Origin: the human T2T-CHM13v2.0 reference genome, Homo sapiens
Length of the DNA: 64,000 nt
Assembly (NCBI RefSeq): GCF_009914755.1
Contig: NC_060937.1
Direction: 5' to 3' (one strand)
Part shown: positions 1 to 12,990 of the stretch, in pieces
Numbering within the stretch: the first letter of the stretch is position 1
Layout: each line of letters begins with the position of its first letter
Translations under genes and position numbers: made by a program
The notes under the pieces: model-generated
Database searches by the model: none
What the model was told of the DNA's origin: nothing
The model's input: the letters and a program-made list of their open reading frames with translations, nothing else

Positions 1-819
1 CTTTCAAATCTGCTTTCGACAATTTCACATTGAGTACTGTTTCACTTTGAGAGCAAGTGTCTAAAATGGCAGGTGTGACATTGAGACACCCACCGTAGGA
101 GCTGACTGATGACAAAGACTGTACAACATAGAATTTTTATTTTCTTCATTTTTCTGCCAGTCTGAAGTCAGATTGACCTTTTATCCCTCTGGTTTTTACC
201 CTTAAACTTTTTTGTCTCATTAAAGAAGTTATTCTAATTTTAATGATTAAGCCTTTTTATAAAGTTAAACGTGTTTACAGGAAAGGGATCTTGAATTCCA
301 AATGAGAATGTCTCAGACCTAAGGAGAAAGAGGTCAAATTCTGAAATCAGATTAGAATCATCCTATCTATCACAGTGTTCTCTTTATCCTTCTACACTGT
401 TGTCCAGTCTCTAAGCAGAATGAGCTCTGCCTAATAAAAATCCTCCAAGGGGCACTGCAACAGGAACTTGATTAAAAATACAGGCTGAGATTTCAATTAC
501 ACATGGGCCACTAATTAGTAAAACGTTCTTTACTTTTGTGTTTTAATGTTAATATTTATTAAACCTCTTTAATATTTTAATTTTTTTATTTTTCTCTGTT
601 CTATTGTACTCATGAGGGTCTTATTTATTTGCTAAATCTTGTCCTTTTTATATTTTAGAATACTGGGAAATCCTAAGATATAAAAGTTAAACACTCAGCT
701 CATATGTCATCTTCTTCAGTTGGCTCTCTTCCCTTATCTGCTCACAGACAGGGAACAACAGTCGTTTGGCTTCCTTGATAAGTGCTTTCACTCATGACAA
801 GGAGGTGGTTATTAGCAGA

Positions 820-1035
820 ATTTTCAGAGTTCAAGTGCCTAGGCTCAACTTGTAGATTGCCCAATCACAGGTTGCATTGTGTGATAGTGAGCAAATCCAT
901 TTATCTCCACCTGTTTTCTTTATTACTAATTTACGTGTAATAATAATAAAGTGTATCTCACAGAGATGTTGTGATGAGCTAAGATATTCTAATTAAAGCA
1001 CTTAGTGTAGTGTGTCACACCTGTGAAGTACTAAA
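820..1035 (+). mobile_element. MIR SINE relic
   Basis: Degenerate MIR core (…gagcaaatccatttatctc…aataataaagtgtatctcacagagatgttgtgatgagctaag…aaagcacttag). Boundaries approximate. Confidence 0.55.
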
Positions 1036-1454
1036 ACTGGATTTTGTTAATTAGCTTGAAGTGTGGGTAAATGGTATTGATACAGACTTGGGGATCTCAA
1101 GTGCAGTGTGTGCTCTATAAATATGTAATCAATTAAAGGTAATTCAACTCATGCGGTAGAGCAAGCCTAGAAAATGAGGCATTGGGCAACCACCTGGTGC
1201 CCAAAGTGTCTGTGTAGGAAGTTTGTATCACGTGCTTTGGAAATAATACACTGTGAAAAATAAGACTCAAAAAGGTGGAAGATAAAAATTATTTACCAAG
1301 TTCAGTTTTGTTGTAGGGGTAATGGATGACAATATTTTGTGATACAAATAAATGATTAAACATGCTATAAGAGTAAATTATATTTATTGTTTTCTTATTA
1401 GGTTCCAGATATGTTTAAAATACACTATAATTTTAATAAAATTATTACAGGTAT

Positions 1455-2000
1455 TGTGTTAGGGTTCTCTAGAGGGACAGAACTAATAGGATAGATGTAT
1501 GCATAAACGGGAGTTTATTAAGGAGTATTGACTCTCACAATCAGAAGGTGAAGTCCCACAATAAGCCATCTACAAGCTGAGGAGCAAGGAAGTCAGTCTG
1601 AGTCCCAAAACCTCAAAAGCAGGGAAGCTAACAGTGCAGCCTTCAGTCTGTGGTCCAAGGTCCAAGAGCCCTTGGCAAACCTACTTTTCACACTAGTGTA
1701 AGTCTCCGCTGAAGAACTTGGAGTCTGATGTTCGACGACAGGAAGCATCCAGCATGGGAGAAAGATGAAGGCCGGAAGACTCAGCCACTCTAGTCCTTCC
1801 ACATTCCTCTACCTGCTTTTATTCTAGCAGAACTGGCAGTTGATTACATGGTGCCCACCCAGATTGAGGGTGGGTCTGCCTCTCCCAGTCCACTGAATGG
1901 AATGTTAATCTCCTTTTGCAACACCGTCACAGACACACCCAGAAACAATACTTTGCATCCCTCAATCCAATCAAGTTGACATTCAATATTAACCATCACA
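1455..2000 (-). mobile_element. MLT2A-type (probably MLT2A2) ERVL solo LTR, 546 bp
   Basis: Minus strand starts TGTGATGGTTAATATTGAATGTCAACTTGATTGGATTG and ends …GAGAACCCTAACACA. Perfect 5-bp TSD GGTAT at 1450-1454 and 2001-2005. Confidence 0.92.
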
Positions 2001-2449
2001 GGTATAAAAATTATTTCTTCACGCACTTAAATAATCTGAGAGAGATATCCTGATTATAGGTAAAGATTCTATGACACAGGGTGTCTAAGGTAGCGAGTCT
2101 AATATCATGAAACTAGTGGTTAGTTGTTATTGAAATTTGAGTCAAGGTGGTAGAATGTCTGATTCGATTAATCAGCAAAGCAATGCTTCACCTAACAGGT
2201 GATATTTTAAAAATCTATATGAATTGATTTTTTAAATATTTATTTGATATTTACTATTGGTATGTGCACGTTCACCATTTATACACAGGATTATATTCTT
2301 AAATAATTTACCATGCAAGGGGAAAATGCTAGGTACATCATTAAGTTTAATGCAAGGTATAGTACACTGAAATAATTAAAATTGCTATGCATGTTAAGAG
2401 GGCAAGAAGTTAAAGTGACTAAAATTTTTGGAGTATCTCACTTGGCATA

Positions 2450-2620
2450 AATTGCATGATCATGTGAATGATCACATCAGTTCTGATGGGTAAATTTTAT
2501 TATTCTCTTTTCTAGATGAGATCACTGAGAGTGAGAACTGCTAAAGTTGGCCCAAAGTCACACAGCTGGTGTGAGGCAGAGCTGTATCTAAATTTACTGG
2601 TCTAACTTAAAAGCTTGGGT
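2450..2620 (-). mobile_element. MIR SINE relic
   Basis: tattattctcttttctagatgagatcactgag…ttggcccaaagtcacacagctggt…ggcagagctg is the reverse-complement MIR core. Confidence 0.7.
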
Positions 2621-2809
2621 TCTTATAAACTTTTGAATCAACTTCCACATCCAGGCACTGGAAGAATTAAAGGGCTGATGACACTGGTAGCATTTATAAT
2701 GATTTATTAAAAATGGATAGATTTTTTATAGAACCATAGAATTTCATAGATGAACAGGGATTTTTGGTGTTTTCTATTTCCACCCCTTTGTTTTACCAAT
2801 GAGATCAAG

Positions 2810-4450
2810 AGAATTTTGACAAGCAGATATTTGTAGAAAGATGAGTCAAAAAGTGTATTTTATGCAGGGGAAGTAGCATAAACAATTGCACAGATCTATT
2901 AGAGAAGGTTGGTATTTTGAAGTAAAATTGGGTAGATCAATTTGACTCAAATATGGCCTATATATATGTAATTAGTGGAATATAAGACTGGAAATGATGG
3001 TTGTGGCTAGAAATTGAAGAGTCTGAAAATGACTGGCTGAGGAGTTTAGAAATGACTCAGCAGGCAAAAACCGCAATTCCTTTTGCACAACCTATTAGGT
3101 TGTAATCACTGAGAGTTTAGAATTTAGGAGAAGCGTAAAGCTAAATATATTGTTTTGTGAATTGGTAAATACAGGTGCTATTTGAAGTTCAAGCTGTTGA
3201 TAAGAAGTGGAAACAGTCCTAGAAGAGAAGAAAGCAAGGAAATGCACTTATAGGAATGCTTTTATTTGAAGAAGAAAAAGAAATTGGAGAAAAAGAATAG
3301 AAAGAGGAAGAATAACATAAAATCTTGTGACAAGGTGAGAAAGAGCAACATGAGAAATATATGGGGAATTAGAGAAAAAGAAATTGTCTTACAAAGTAAA
3401 AATATGAAAAGTACTATTTGCAAATCTAGATTACTATCATATGCATAGTCTACATCCTTTATTATTATTCTACATTTTGTGATATATTTAAATGAAGTGT
3501 TAACAGCTATGTAGCTTGTAAGTTCAACTAAATAAACTAATATAACTTTTAACTTAGCATGTGTCAGAGTCTGTGGTGAAATCTGGAGCTAAGAGGCTGA
3601 ATATGGCGCAATTTCAAACCTCTACTTATTCACTCTACACTATCTACCTAGGGAAACAGACAACAACGCATCATAGCTGTTCATTTCAAATGGAAATGCT
3701 ATAGCAGAGGTCTGTAAAGGATTTGTGTAAAAGTGAGATTATCCATGCAGTCTGCAAGACATACGTTCATGGAATGATAACCACAGATACCATTCAGAAG
3801 ATAGTTCAGAGGAGATCATAATGAAGAGGTGGGCTTTTGAGAAAGTGAATTTTATTGCAGACAGATATAAGTTCTGCAGCGTATTGCAGGAAATTTTATG
3901 ACTCAAGAATAGGAAAGTAGTAAACGTGAAGCTAGAAAAACAGACAAGAGCTGGAAAATTAGGGAGATTTTGAGTTATATTCAGAATTCAGCTTTAATTC
4001 TATATAGAAAAGGGTATTATAGAATGGATTTAAATAGAACTTGACATAAGCAAATTGACATTTTTAGAAAGACCATTTTACAGGTAGAGTTCGGTCAGAT
4101 TATACACAAATGATACCAGAACTATAGAGGCAGGGCAGCTGCTCAAGCAGTCGTAGTGGTCACTGGGTGAGGGAGGTAGAAATTCAGAACTACAGCAATG
4201 ACAGTGGAATTTAGAAGCAAAATATTTATCGTAGTTAGAGAACAGAAGTTTTATATTTATAAAAGATAGACTTCTGTCTGAGTCATCCAAACATAATAAC
4301 TTGCAAGAGTGAGCGTGGTTACATATTCTAGACATTTATATTGTGGGGGAAATATTTGTCAGAAGTGAAGGTTAAATCTCAATCTAGGACATGTATTTAA
4401 GATGTTTATCTGTAACACTGTGAACATTATTTTTGGAGAAAATACATCAA
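2810..4450 (-). mobile_element. L2 LINE fragments, highly diverged (probably more than one piece)
   Basis: Purine-rich sequence resembling antisense L2 (e.g. cttagcatgtgtcagagtctgtgg, tgacatttttagaaagaccatttt, aatctaggacatgtatttaagatg). Boundaries rough. Confidence 0.45.
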
Positions 4451-4789
4451 CTTCTCCAAGAAATGCTATCAAGTGACTTGTAACTCTCTGGACATGTTAG
4501 ATGTGTTACTGGACCAGAGTGCTGTTTGATCATGGAAGACTGAGCCTCCCTGCCTATAGTTAAATCTGTCGCTCTCTCTCTCTCTCTGAACGGAAGAGAA
4601 CATAGAATTGATTAAACTAACTTATTGCACAAATACCATATATTGTTATAGTGCATTTAAAATTATTCATAGCAATAGATGGTATCAACATAATATGAAT
4701 AATGAATGCATGCTAAATGCAAGTCTTTTTTTACTAAAGTTAGCAGCTTCCTGAAGGTCAGTTTTACATACCAAAGTCAGTGCATGTGA

Positions 4790-4885
4790 TTCAATTTAAT
4801 AAAAACTCATTGATCTCTTTCTATGTGCCAATCATTACACTAATACTGGGACTGTAGAGGGGTCACAGAAAAAGACAGACTCAGC
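4790..4885 (-). mobile_element. L2 3' end relic
   Basis: ttcaatttaataaaaactcattgatctctttctatgtgccaatcatt…aagacagac resembles the reverse complement of the L2 3' terminus. Confidence 0.5.
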
Positions 4886-6544
4886 AAATTATGGCCAGGA
4901 TGTAAACCAATCCATTAAATTAAAACCGATTGGGGAGATATATAGTATACCTCTCTTTACAGGAAAACGATGCCAATTATGAACTCTAGAGATGATTCCA
5001 AAATCTAATTATGAATTAGGATTAATAATTGTATTAATATATCAGAACTTCCTAACAGTCAGAGATTCTAATAGAAAATATTCACATTTGTCGAATTAGA
5101 AATATATGTTATTTGCTGTGCTGAATGAATGTGGACATATTAACATTCCAAAACATAAGCTTGCTGTGGTATATATATTGAGACTGAATATTACCTTTTA
5201 GCCATATTCATGCTCTCATATTTTGCTTTTAATGTTTATAAGTTAAGATTAATTCATCATTCCAATACTCAGAAAGGAGAATAAGTGCAATACATAGAGT
5301 TTAGAAGTGTAACCACTGAAATAACCCACGGCTTTACTCTGAGTTGTCAGGTCTCCATGAGTCTTGTTTAGCTTCTTTTTTCCCTCTGATTTTAAAGGGA
5401 TCTAAAAAATCCACAGAAGTACTTACACAAATAGATATAGAATTCTGATTTGCGACACTTTGGCCTGTCAAGGAGATCAAATCCATTCAGTTAACCTGCC
5501 ATTTCTCAATGATAAAAAGGGGGTAAATATTTGTTTTTAAGTTTTAATTCATGCTAGCACAATGCAAACAAAACAAAACAAAACACAAACATTCTTAGTC
5601 CTTAGCAAACAACAGTAAAATTTCAACAGTGTAGAGCGGAGCAGCATGCCCGCATCATACTTCAGCAGCAATTACTGTGGATGATGGTGTTGGCTCTCCC
5701 CAGGAAATGTCACTAAAGAGACTGGCAAGAACAAGCTTTACCTATTTGTGGCAAAAATAAAACCAGAGGTGGTGGTGGTAATGGGGGAGATTTAAAGCTT
5801 CAATCATACTAAAAATACGCTTGCTCATTTTAACTACATTCTTCCTCTGAGTAAAGAAAAATCAATTAACATGTACCTGGTCTTATAAGAATTTTTATTT
5901 GTATTTTTCATTAAGGATGGCCATTTAATTTACATTGACTGATATATTGCTGCTGAAAAGAGAAGTCCTTGATTGTTATATACTGAAATGAAAGCATTTT
6001 CTTTGTTTTGAAGAGAAGCCATATATATTTATTAAAGCCTCATGGCAAGGGTTTGCTCATGAGGTCTTAAGCTATGATTTTCATGTCTTTATTTCATTGA
6101 ATATAAAAGAACATATAGAAATTATATAAAATTATAAATATATATTTACTTGGCGAAGCTGAAATTTTAGCTACTCCACTTAATAGATCAAAATCTTTAA
6201 AACATGTATAATTCAGATCTATTAAAGAGATTGCAGATTTTAACTTTAAGGTTTCATTCATATTTTGTAAGTATTTGAGTTTTATTTAATGTTGACATTA
6301 AATATTGTCATGAAAGTAGCATGTGTGCTATTGATTACAATTGTCAGAATCAGATATTATACTTCTGTTTTCCATTATTACAAAATTAATTTTACCTGAT
6401 CAACTTAATCTTTTTTAAAAATTAGAAACAGCCTCACTGTTCTTTTTAATGTCTCAGAAAATGTTGTTAATTCATTGATACTTAACCAAGTTAGACATAT
6501 CTAAAGGCAGCTGAATTTTATAAAGTACAAAATTATTTAATGTC

Positions 6545-6812
6545 ATACTATATCTATGTTTTTCAGTACTGTACATCAGCACCTATCATACTGCTTTTAA
6601 TTTTTTTTATTTTATTATTATTTTTTGAGACAAGGTCTCCTTATGTTGCTTGGCTGGTCTCGAACTCCTGAGCTTAAGTGACCCTCCTGCCTCAGCCTCC
6701 CAAAACACTAGGATTACAGGAGTGAGCCACAATGCCCAGCCTGTTATATTGCTTAACGCATGATGTGGGGACTCAGTAAATATTTGTGTATAAAATAAAT
6801 GAATAAATGAAT
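6545..6812 (+). mobile_element. L2 3' end, interrupted by the Alu monomer below
   Basis: actgtacatcagcacctatca … gcatgatgtgggactcagtaaatatttgt…aatgaataaatgaat matches the L2 terminus with its (AATG)n tail. Confidence 0.6.
6601..6741 (-). mobile_element. Free left Alu monomer (FLAM_C-like)
   Basis: T-rich tail followed by gagacaaggtctccttatgttgc…ggtctcgaactcctgagct…ggattacaggagtgagccacaatgcccagcc. Single monomer only. Confidence 0.88.
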
Positions 6813-8929
6813 CAGCTAGAAAATCAGCTTTATGAAAGTTGAAACCCATTAATTTCTGACTTACAATTTTCATATAAGCCAAAGAAAAAAAATATTGTGA
6901 AGGAAACGTTTTTTCCAAATAAAATTATTTGCAAAGACAATTATATTGTCTAGGGGAACGCATCACCTCATCTGACTCCTTCATTATTATTCACATCAAT
7001 TCCTTTTTCAAATGGAGGAAACTAGGCTCAAAGTAACTAATATGAGAAATTTATTTTGTTAAGCATAAGAAAAATCTTGACAACTTATAAGGATTTTTGT
7101 TTTTGTTTTTCATCAATGTAATTATTTTAGATATGAATAAATAATTTGGTATTTAATAAACCCTCTAATGTATCAATATCATGATATAATACTTCATAAG
7201 TATATAGTATTCTACAGTGATTAAAAATAACTATTTTCACTAATCAAAAATTATCGGTATGTTATGTTTTTAATTTTATCTCAATAAATTCATATGTATA
7301 GGTATCATATATATAAGATAGTATAGCTAAGATGAGATAGAAATTACTGTATCTTTACAGTGAAATTTATTATAGGTGTGCATAGGTGAGTTTAATTTAG
7401 GCAACTATGATCATATGTTTTTGGAGACAGAAATATTAAGTGTGTGAAATATCTAAATAGAGCGGACAAGAAAACATATTTAAATAGAGTGCTCAAGCCG
7501 GTTTATGCAGGTGAGCTGACGTGAGGTGGAAAACAGAAAATCGTGTTCCATTTATTAAATTCAAATTCTGAAAGCCCTGTAATGGTTTGAGCATTTCACA
7601 AAGTAGTGTGCAATTCGCGTTCTAATGTACAATACAGATTTTTCGTATTACTTGGCGGCTAATATTTTTAATCACTTTAAGAAACTTCAATCTGTTTCAA
7701 TGTCAGATGAAAAACCAACTGTTGAAACTAATAGGTTTCTTAATGGTTGGCTTAAGTGACTTTTAGATAGACTGCTTATGCGAATTCACTTTACCTCCTG
7801 TATGTAGAGCTTAATCTCCACATTTTTACTTGGCATCAATGTATTTATAATTTCTAAGAAACTTTCTAAGGTGAATTTTTATAATTATAAGATACTTACA
7901 AAATAAGACAGTATGATGCAGTTTTTGTCTTTGAAGAAAATATCACGATTGTGCTGAGATGCAAAAAGAGAAAATTATTCCAAGTAGCATCTTGATTATC
8001 AATGAACAAATTACCATAGCACTCTCCAGATTTCTTTTCACCACCCTGACAAATTTGAGAAACGTTCCACAGTGCCCACATGGAAGGGATTTCCAGATAG
8101 GAATGAAGTACTCTGAAATTAACATTGGAACATGAAAGAGACAGGGAACTATCACTTGGGAAAAAAGAAAGCATTCACAAGTGATTCTTTTATATTTTCT
8201 TGAGAGCTCTCATAAGAATCATTCCCATTAGAGACTGGCGGGCGTGCTACACAATTATAATTCACACTTACATGCACACATGTACACACACATGTTCAGG
8301 GAAGAAGAATGTCAGTAAGGAAGAAAAGGGACATGACGCAATTAGAGGCAAGAAAGCCCATAAATCAAATACTGAATACTTTATAGGTTTGTCTAGTAGT
8401 AACTTGTTTACATCATCTCCCTCATCTTGCTCAGGTACTTCATGAAAATGTCTGGAATGATGAGATTTATGATAGATTCTTAGTTGGAGACCTTAGGCAT
8501 AAGGATGTAAAATTGACTATGTGGCCCTGGCCTCTTTAGTGCTGTCTCCCAGTAATTGAACTGCCCAGCCAGGCACATTCCATATTAAATACTTTTTAAT
8601 ACATATACTTTTATATGTATATAATGTAATTGCAATAAAATACATGAAAAGCTTCTTACTATTGGGCAAATGGATAAAGACTAAACAAACTAAAAACTCT
8701 CCAGACTTAAATGCAGATGATAAATCCATGAATAACAAACAATAAATACAAAACAAAAGACTATGCGTAAGATAATGGTGGCTTTTTCTTTTATTGCTTT
8801 AGCATTCAAATCTTAGACATATTTGATGTTACTTTTAAGTTGTATTTATTGACTGCTTTATTCACAATAAAAGATACCAGAATACTATAATAAACAAATC
8901 TATAAATTTAAAATTAATTCCAAGAAATA

Positions 8930-9503
8930 ATGTCCAAGACAGCCTTAACATTTCTCTTAGCTTCTTGCTGCCTCTGGGCACCTGACCTTCCTCTCACCCT
9001 GGCCCTTACAACATCCAGATTGCCCAATCACAGAGGTCTCTTCCCTCCCTTTTCTTAAAGCATTGACATTAGAAAATTTGTCATTGTAAATTCTTTCTTT
9101 GCCTCTTTGAGATGTAGGTAAAACCTTTGTATAAGCCTCTTGTAAGTATTACAACTTAGGAATGTGCCTCTCCAAAACCTGAGAAACATCTCTTCGAAAT
9201 GTAATCATCAAGGAAGATAGCACCCCTATCTCTCGTGTTTTTCTGAGTAGGGGCCTAACTTAGGCCCTCTCTCAAAGTAGAAAAACTTTCTCTTGTCATG
9301 AGATATAAGGAAATCTACTTTTCGTATGGGTTGGGCCAGTTAGCAAACAGATGGCCCAAAGAACCCTCTACCCCATCTCTTAAAATCTATCCTGCTCTTT
9401 GTTTCAATGCAATTCAGTTCACTCTGGTTTCTCTCCACAACTACAATAGCCTTGAATAAAGTCATTACCTGCTTAACTGTTCCAGAGCAATTTTTGACTT
9501 GGC
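8930..9503 (+). mobile_element. ERV1 MER4-group LTR (MER34/LTR48-like); 5' boundary uncertain
   Basis: Motif gaaatgtaatcatcaaggaagatagcacccctatctc, AATAAA near 9455, and a 3' end at …ttggca. Confidence 0.62.
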
Positions 9504-9621
9504 AGTCATTATGAAGGATTATAGAATATTTTAACATGTTAAAAGCTGAAAATAAATTTAAAATTATACTGACCTTTGAATTCCACTGAGAAAAATCATT
9601 TATTTGAAATTCCTTAATGAT

Positions 9622-9942
<321 letters not shown>

Positions 9943-10029
9943 TCATATTATAATTATATTCATCCCTGATTATTTAAAAACAAATCTTCTGTGAATCTTC
10001 GAATACTATACAGTGTCATTGAATATGAG

Positions 10030-11681
10030 TGTGTCCGAAACTGGTGAGTTCTTGGTCTCACTGACTTCAAGAATGAAGCCATGGACCGTGGCGGTGTGTG
10101 TTACAGTTCTTAAAGGTGGTGTGTCCGTTGTTTGTTCCTTCTGATGTTCAGACCTGTTCAGAGTCTTTTTCCTTCTGTTGGGTTCTTGGTCTTGCCGTCT
10201 TCAGGAGTGAAGCTACAGACCTCTGGGGTGAGCGTTACAGCTCTTAAGTCGGTGCGTCTGCAGTTGTTCCCTCCTCCCATTCGGAGTTGTTCATTTCTCC
10301 CAGCGGGTTCATGGTCTCGCTGGCCTCAAGAGTGAAACTGCAGACCTTCTCAGTGAGTGTTACAGCTCATAAACGCAGTGTGGACCCAAGCAGTGAGCAG
10401 CAGCAAGATTTATTGCAAACAGCAAAAGAACAAATCTCCCATGCTATTCAAACACACCTAAGCCGGTTGCTGCTGCTGGCTCCTGCAGTCTACTTTTATT
10501 CCCTCATCTGACCCCACCCACATCCTGCTGATTGGCCCATTTTACAGAGAGCTGATTGGTCCGTTTTACAGAGAGCTGATTGGTCCGTTTTACAGAGAGC
10601 TGATTGGTCCGTTTTGACAGGGTGCTGATTGTGCAGGGATTTACAATCCCTGAGCTAGACACAGAGTGCTGATTGTGCAGGGATTTACAATCCCTGAGCT
10701 AGACACAGAGTGCTGATTGGTGTATTTATAATCCTCTAGCTAGAGGTAAAAGTTCTCCAAGTCCCCACTAGATTAGCTAGACACAGAGCACTGATTGGTG
10801 CGTTTACAAACCTTGAGCTAGACACAAGGTGCTGATTGGTGCATTTACCAACCTTGAGCTAGACACAGGGTGCTGATTGGTGCATGTACAATCCTTTAGC
10901 TAGACATAAAAGTTCTCCAAGTCCCCACCAGATTAGCTAGATACAGAGTGCTTATTTGGTGCTTCCATGATCCCCGAGCTAGATACAGAGTGATGATTGG
11001 TGTATATACAATCCTCCGGCTAGACAGAAAAGTTCTCCAAGTGCCCACCTGACTCAGGGGCCCCGCTGGCTTTGCTTAGTGGATCCCACCCCAGGGCCAC
11101 AGGCTGAGCTGCCAACCAGTCCCGCACAGTGTGCCTGCACTCATCAGCCCTTGGGCGGTGTATGGGACCAGGTCCTGCAGAGCAGGGGAGGGTGGGTGCC
11201 TGACGGGGAGGCTTAGGCCACGTGGGAGCCCACCGCTGGGCTGGGGGGTGCTCAGGCATGGCGGGCTGCAGGTCCTGAGCCCTGCCCGGCAGGGAGGCAG
11301 CTGAGGCCAGGTGAGAATTCGAGCATGGTGCAGGCAGGCTGGCAGTGCTGGGGTACCCGGCGCCCCCTCTGCAGCTGCTGGCCCAGGTGCTAAGCCCCTC
11401 ACTGCCTGTGGCTGGAGGTGCCAGCCAGCCCCTCTGAGTGCAGGGCCCGCTGAGCCCGCTCCCACCTGGAACTCGCACTGGCCTGCCAGCACTGCACGCA
11501 GCCCCAGTTCCCACCCATCTCTCTCCCTCCACACCTCCCCACAAGCAGAGGGAGCCAGCTCCAGCCTCTGCCAGCCCAGAGAGGGGCTCCCACAGTGCAG
11601 CGGTGGGCTGAAGGGCTCCTCAAGCGAGGCCAAGGAGGTGCTGAGAGCCAGCAAGTGCTGCTAGCACATTATCACCTCTCA
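10030..11681 (-). mobile_element. Long ERV9 solo LTR (LTR12C/D/E type), 1652 bp
   Basis: Minus strand TGAGAGGTGA…TTCGGACACA. GC-rich U3, tandem ~41-bp CCAAT-containing repeats and U5 repeats. Perfect 4-bp TSD TGAG at 10026-10029 and 11682-11685. Confidence 0.96.
10409..11030 (-). promoter_or_regulatory. LTR12 promoter/enhancer: NF-Y CCAAT array, TATA-like AATAAAA (10494-10500), poly(A) signal AATAAA (10409-10414); transcription would run leftwards
   Basis: Repeated ctgattgg on + (CCAATCAG on -). The layout matches the known ERV9 LTR. Activity of this copy is not shown by sequence. Confidence 0.7.
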
Positions 11682-12324
11682 TGAGTATCTACATAACAAG
11701 TGATAATAGGAAATAAGATTTAATAAACAATTTATTCTGCAACAGAAATTGTGATTAATGGTTTCCAAGTATTGCCAAATGGAATCTTTGTATAACCCTC
11801 TAAGGGAGATAATGTTATCATTTTTATAGGAAATTGAGGCTTAGAGTAGTTAATTTAACTATTTCTGATTAAAATCATCCAAGTTAAAAACATTTGTAAA
11901 GTATGACAGTCTACTTTCCATTTAATCTAGATATATAGTACTGATATTATTTTAATATTTCAATGATATATAATTTTTGAAGTATATAGAATCATTTTTC
12001 CTCATGCTAAATGGGTCCAAATTGCTTATCTTGCTTTTGCTGCACAGATTAATGTATTCCATATTTCTTCTTTTGGGGTTTCATAAAAGCCATCAAACAC
12101 AATGTTCCAGCTTTGAGCTTATCGTTTAAAACTGAAGTAAAATTGAAAAAGCCAAATAGCAATTTTTTTGTGTGTGCAAAGTGTAACCCTAAATTAAACA
12201 GAATATTAAGTTAATGCCTCTGGTTTCAAATAATCTATGGATTTTTCTTTGGTAAAAATATATTTTTTCTAGCTCTCAAATTTTTATAGGTTATACCTTT
12301 GTGTACTTCACAGTATTATAGATA

Positions 12325-12485
12325 CCATATGAACTTTGGAGTCAGATGGAATTGGGTTTTCATTCAGTCTATTGGGCATAGTTTCACGGATCACATAATT
12401 TCTCAGATACAAAAGAATCTTCTGTACTATATAATGGGAATAGTAATAATAAAATGTTTATACAATGAGATTAAGATGAATTTAA
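12325..12485 (+). mobile_element. MIR relic
   Basis: gaactttggagtcagatggaattgggtt…tataatgggaatagtaataata…tgagattaagatga. Confidence 0.6.
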
Positions 12486-12589
12486 AATACAATACTATTT
12501 TCTATTTGTTTTTATCTTAACTGAGTTTCTTCTGCTTTTCCTTCACTCTGAATTTATATGATAATCAATTATATCTTGTATAACCAGAC

Positions 12590-12990
12590 CTATTTCAATT
12601 CCAATTAATGGAAATCTAAGTAGTTAAAACAACAGAAGAAAATTATATTTCTTAATTTAAAAAATTATGCCAGCCTTAGAAATAGCCAAGGATTTTAATG
12701 AAATCAGAGACTTTATCCTCTTATCTCTTTTATTCTTTGATGACTTTATGATCTCAGTCTAGCTGGATTCATGGCTCTCTCTTCATTCAGGCTTGCAAAC
12801 TTCTACTTCTATGAGCACACAGGAAGAAGCTATGTCATACTCAAAACATTTGGAAGTTTCTACGAAAGGACACACACAGGCCTGGATCACATCCATTGTC
12901 TACACCTTGAACCAATGTCATTGTTGAAGAAGTGGCACTTTTTCACCTCTGTGACAGAGATGAGATATTATGAATGGATGGCTGATGTGT
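12590..12990 (-). mobile_element. Old MaLR LTR fragment (MLT1J/K/L-like)
   Basis: ggcctggatcacatccattgtctacaccttgaaccaat and ggctctctcttcattcaggc resemble MLT1 motifs. Heavily diverged. Confidence 0.45.

Noticed and set aside
10520-11030. Regular repeats superficially like a CRISPR array
   Set aside because: Contiguous ERV9 U3 tandem units with no unique spacers and no cas genes, in primate DNA.
11020-11664. Overlapping ORFs of 117-192 aa on both strands
   Set aside because: They lie in the GC-rich U3 of LTR12, where stop codons are rare. No recognisable protein features.
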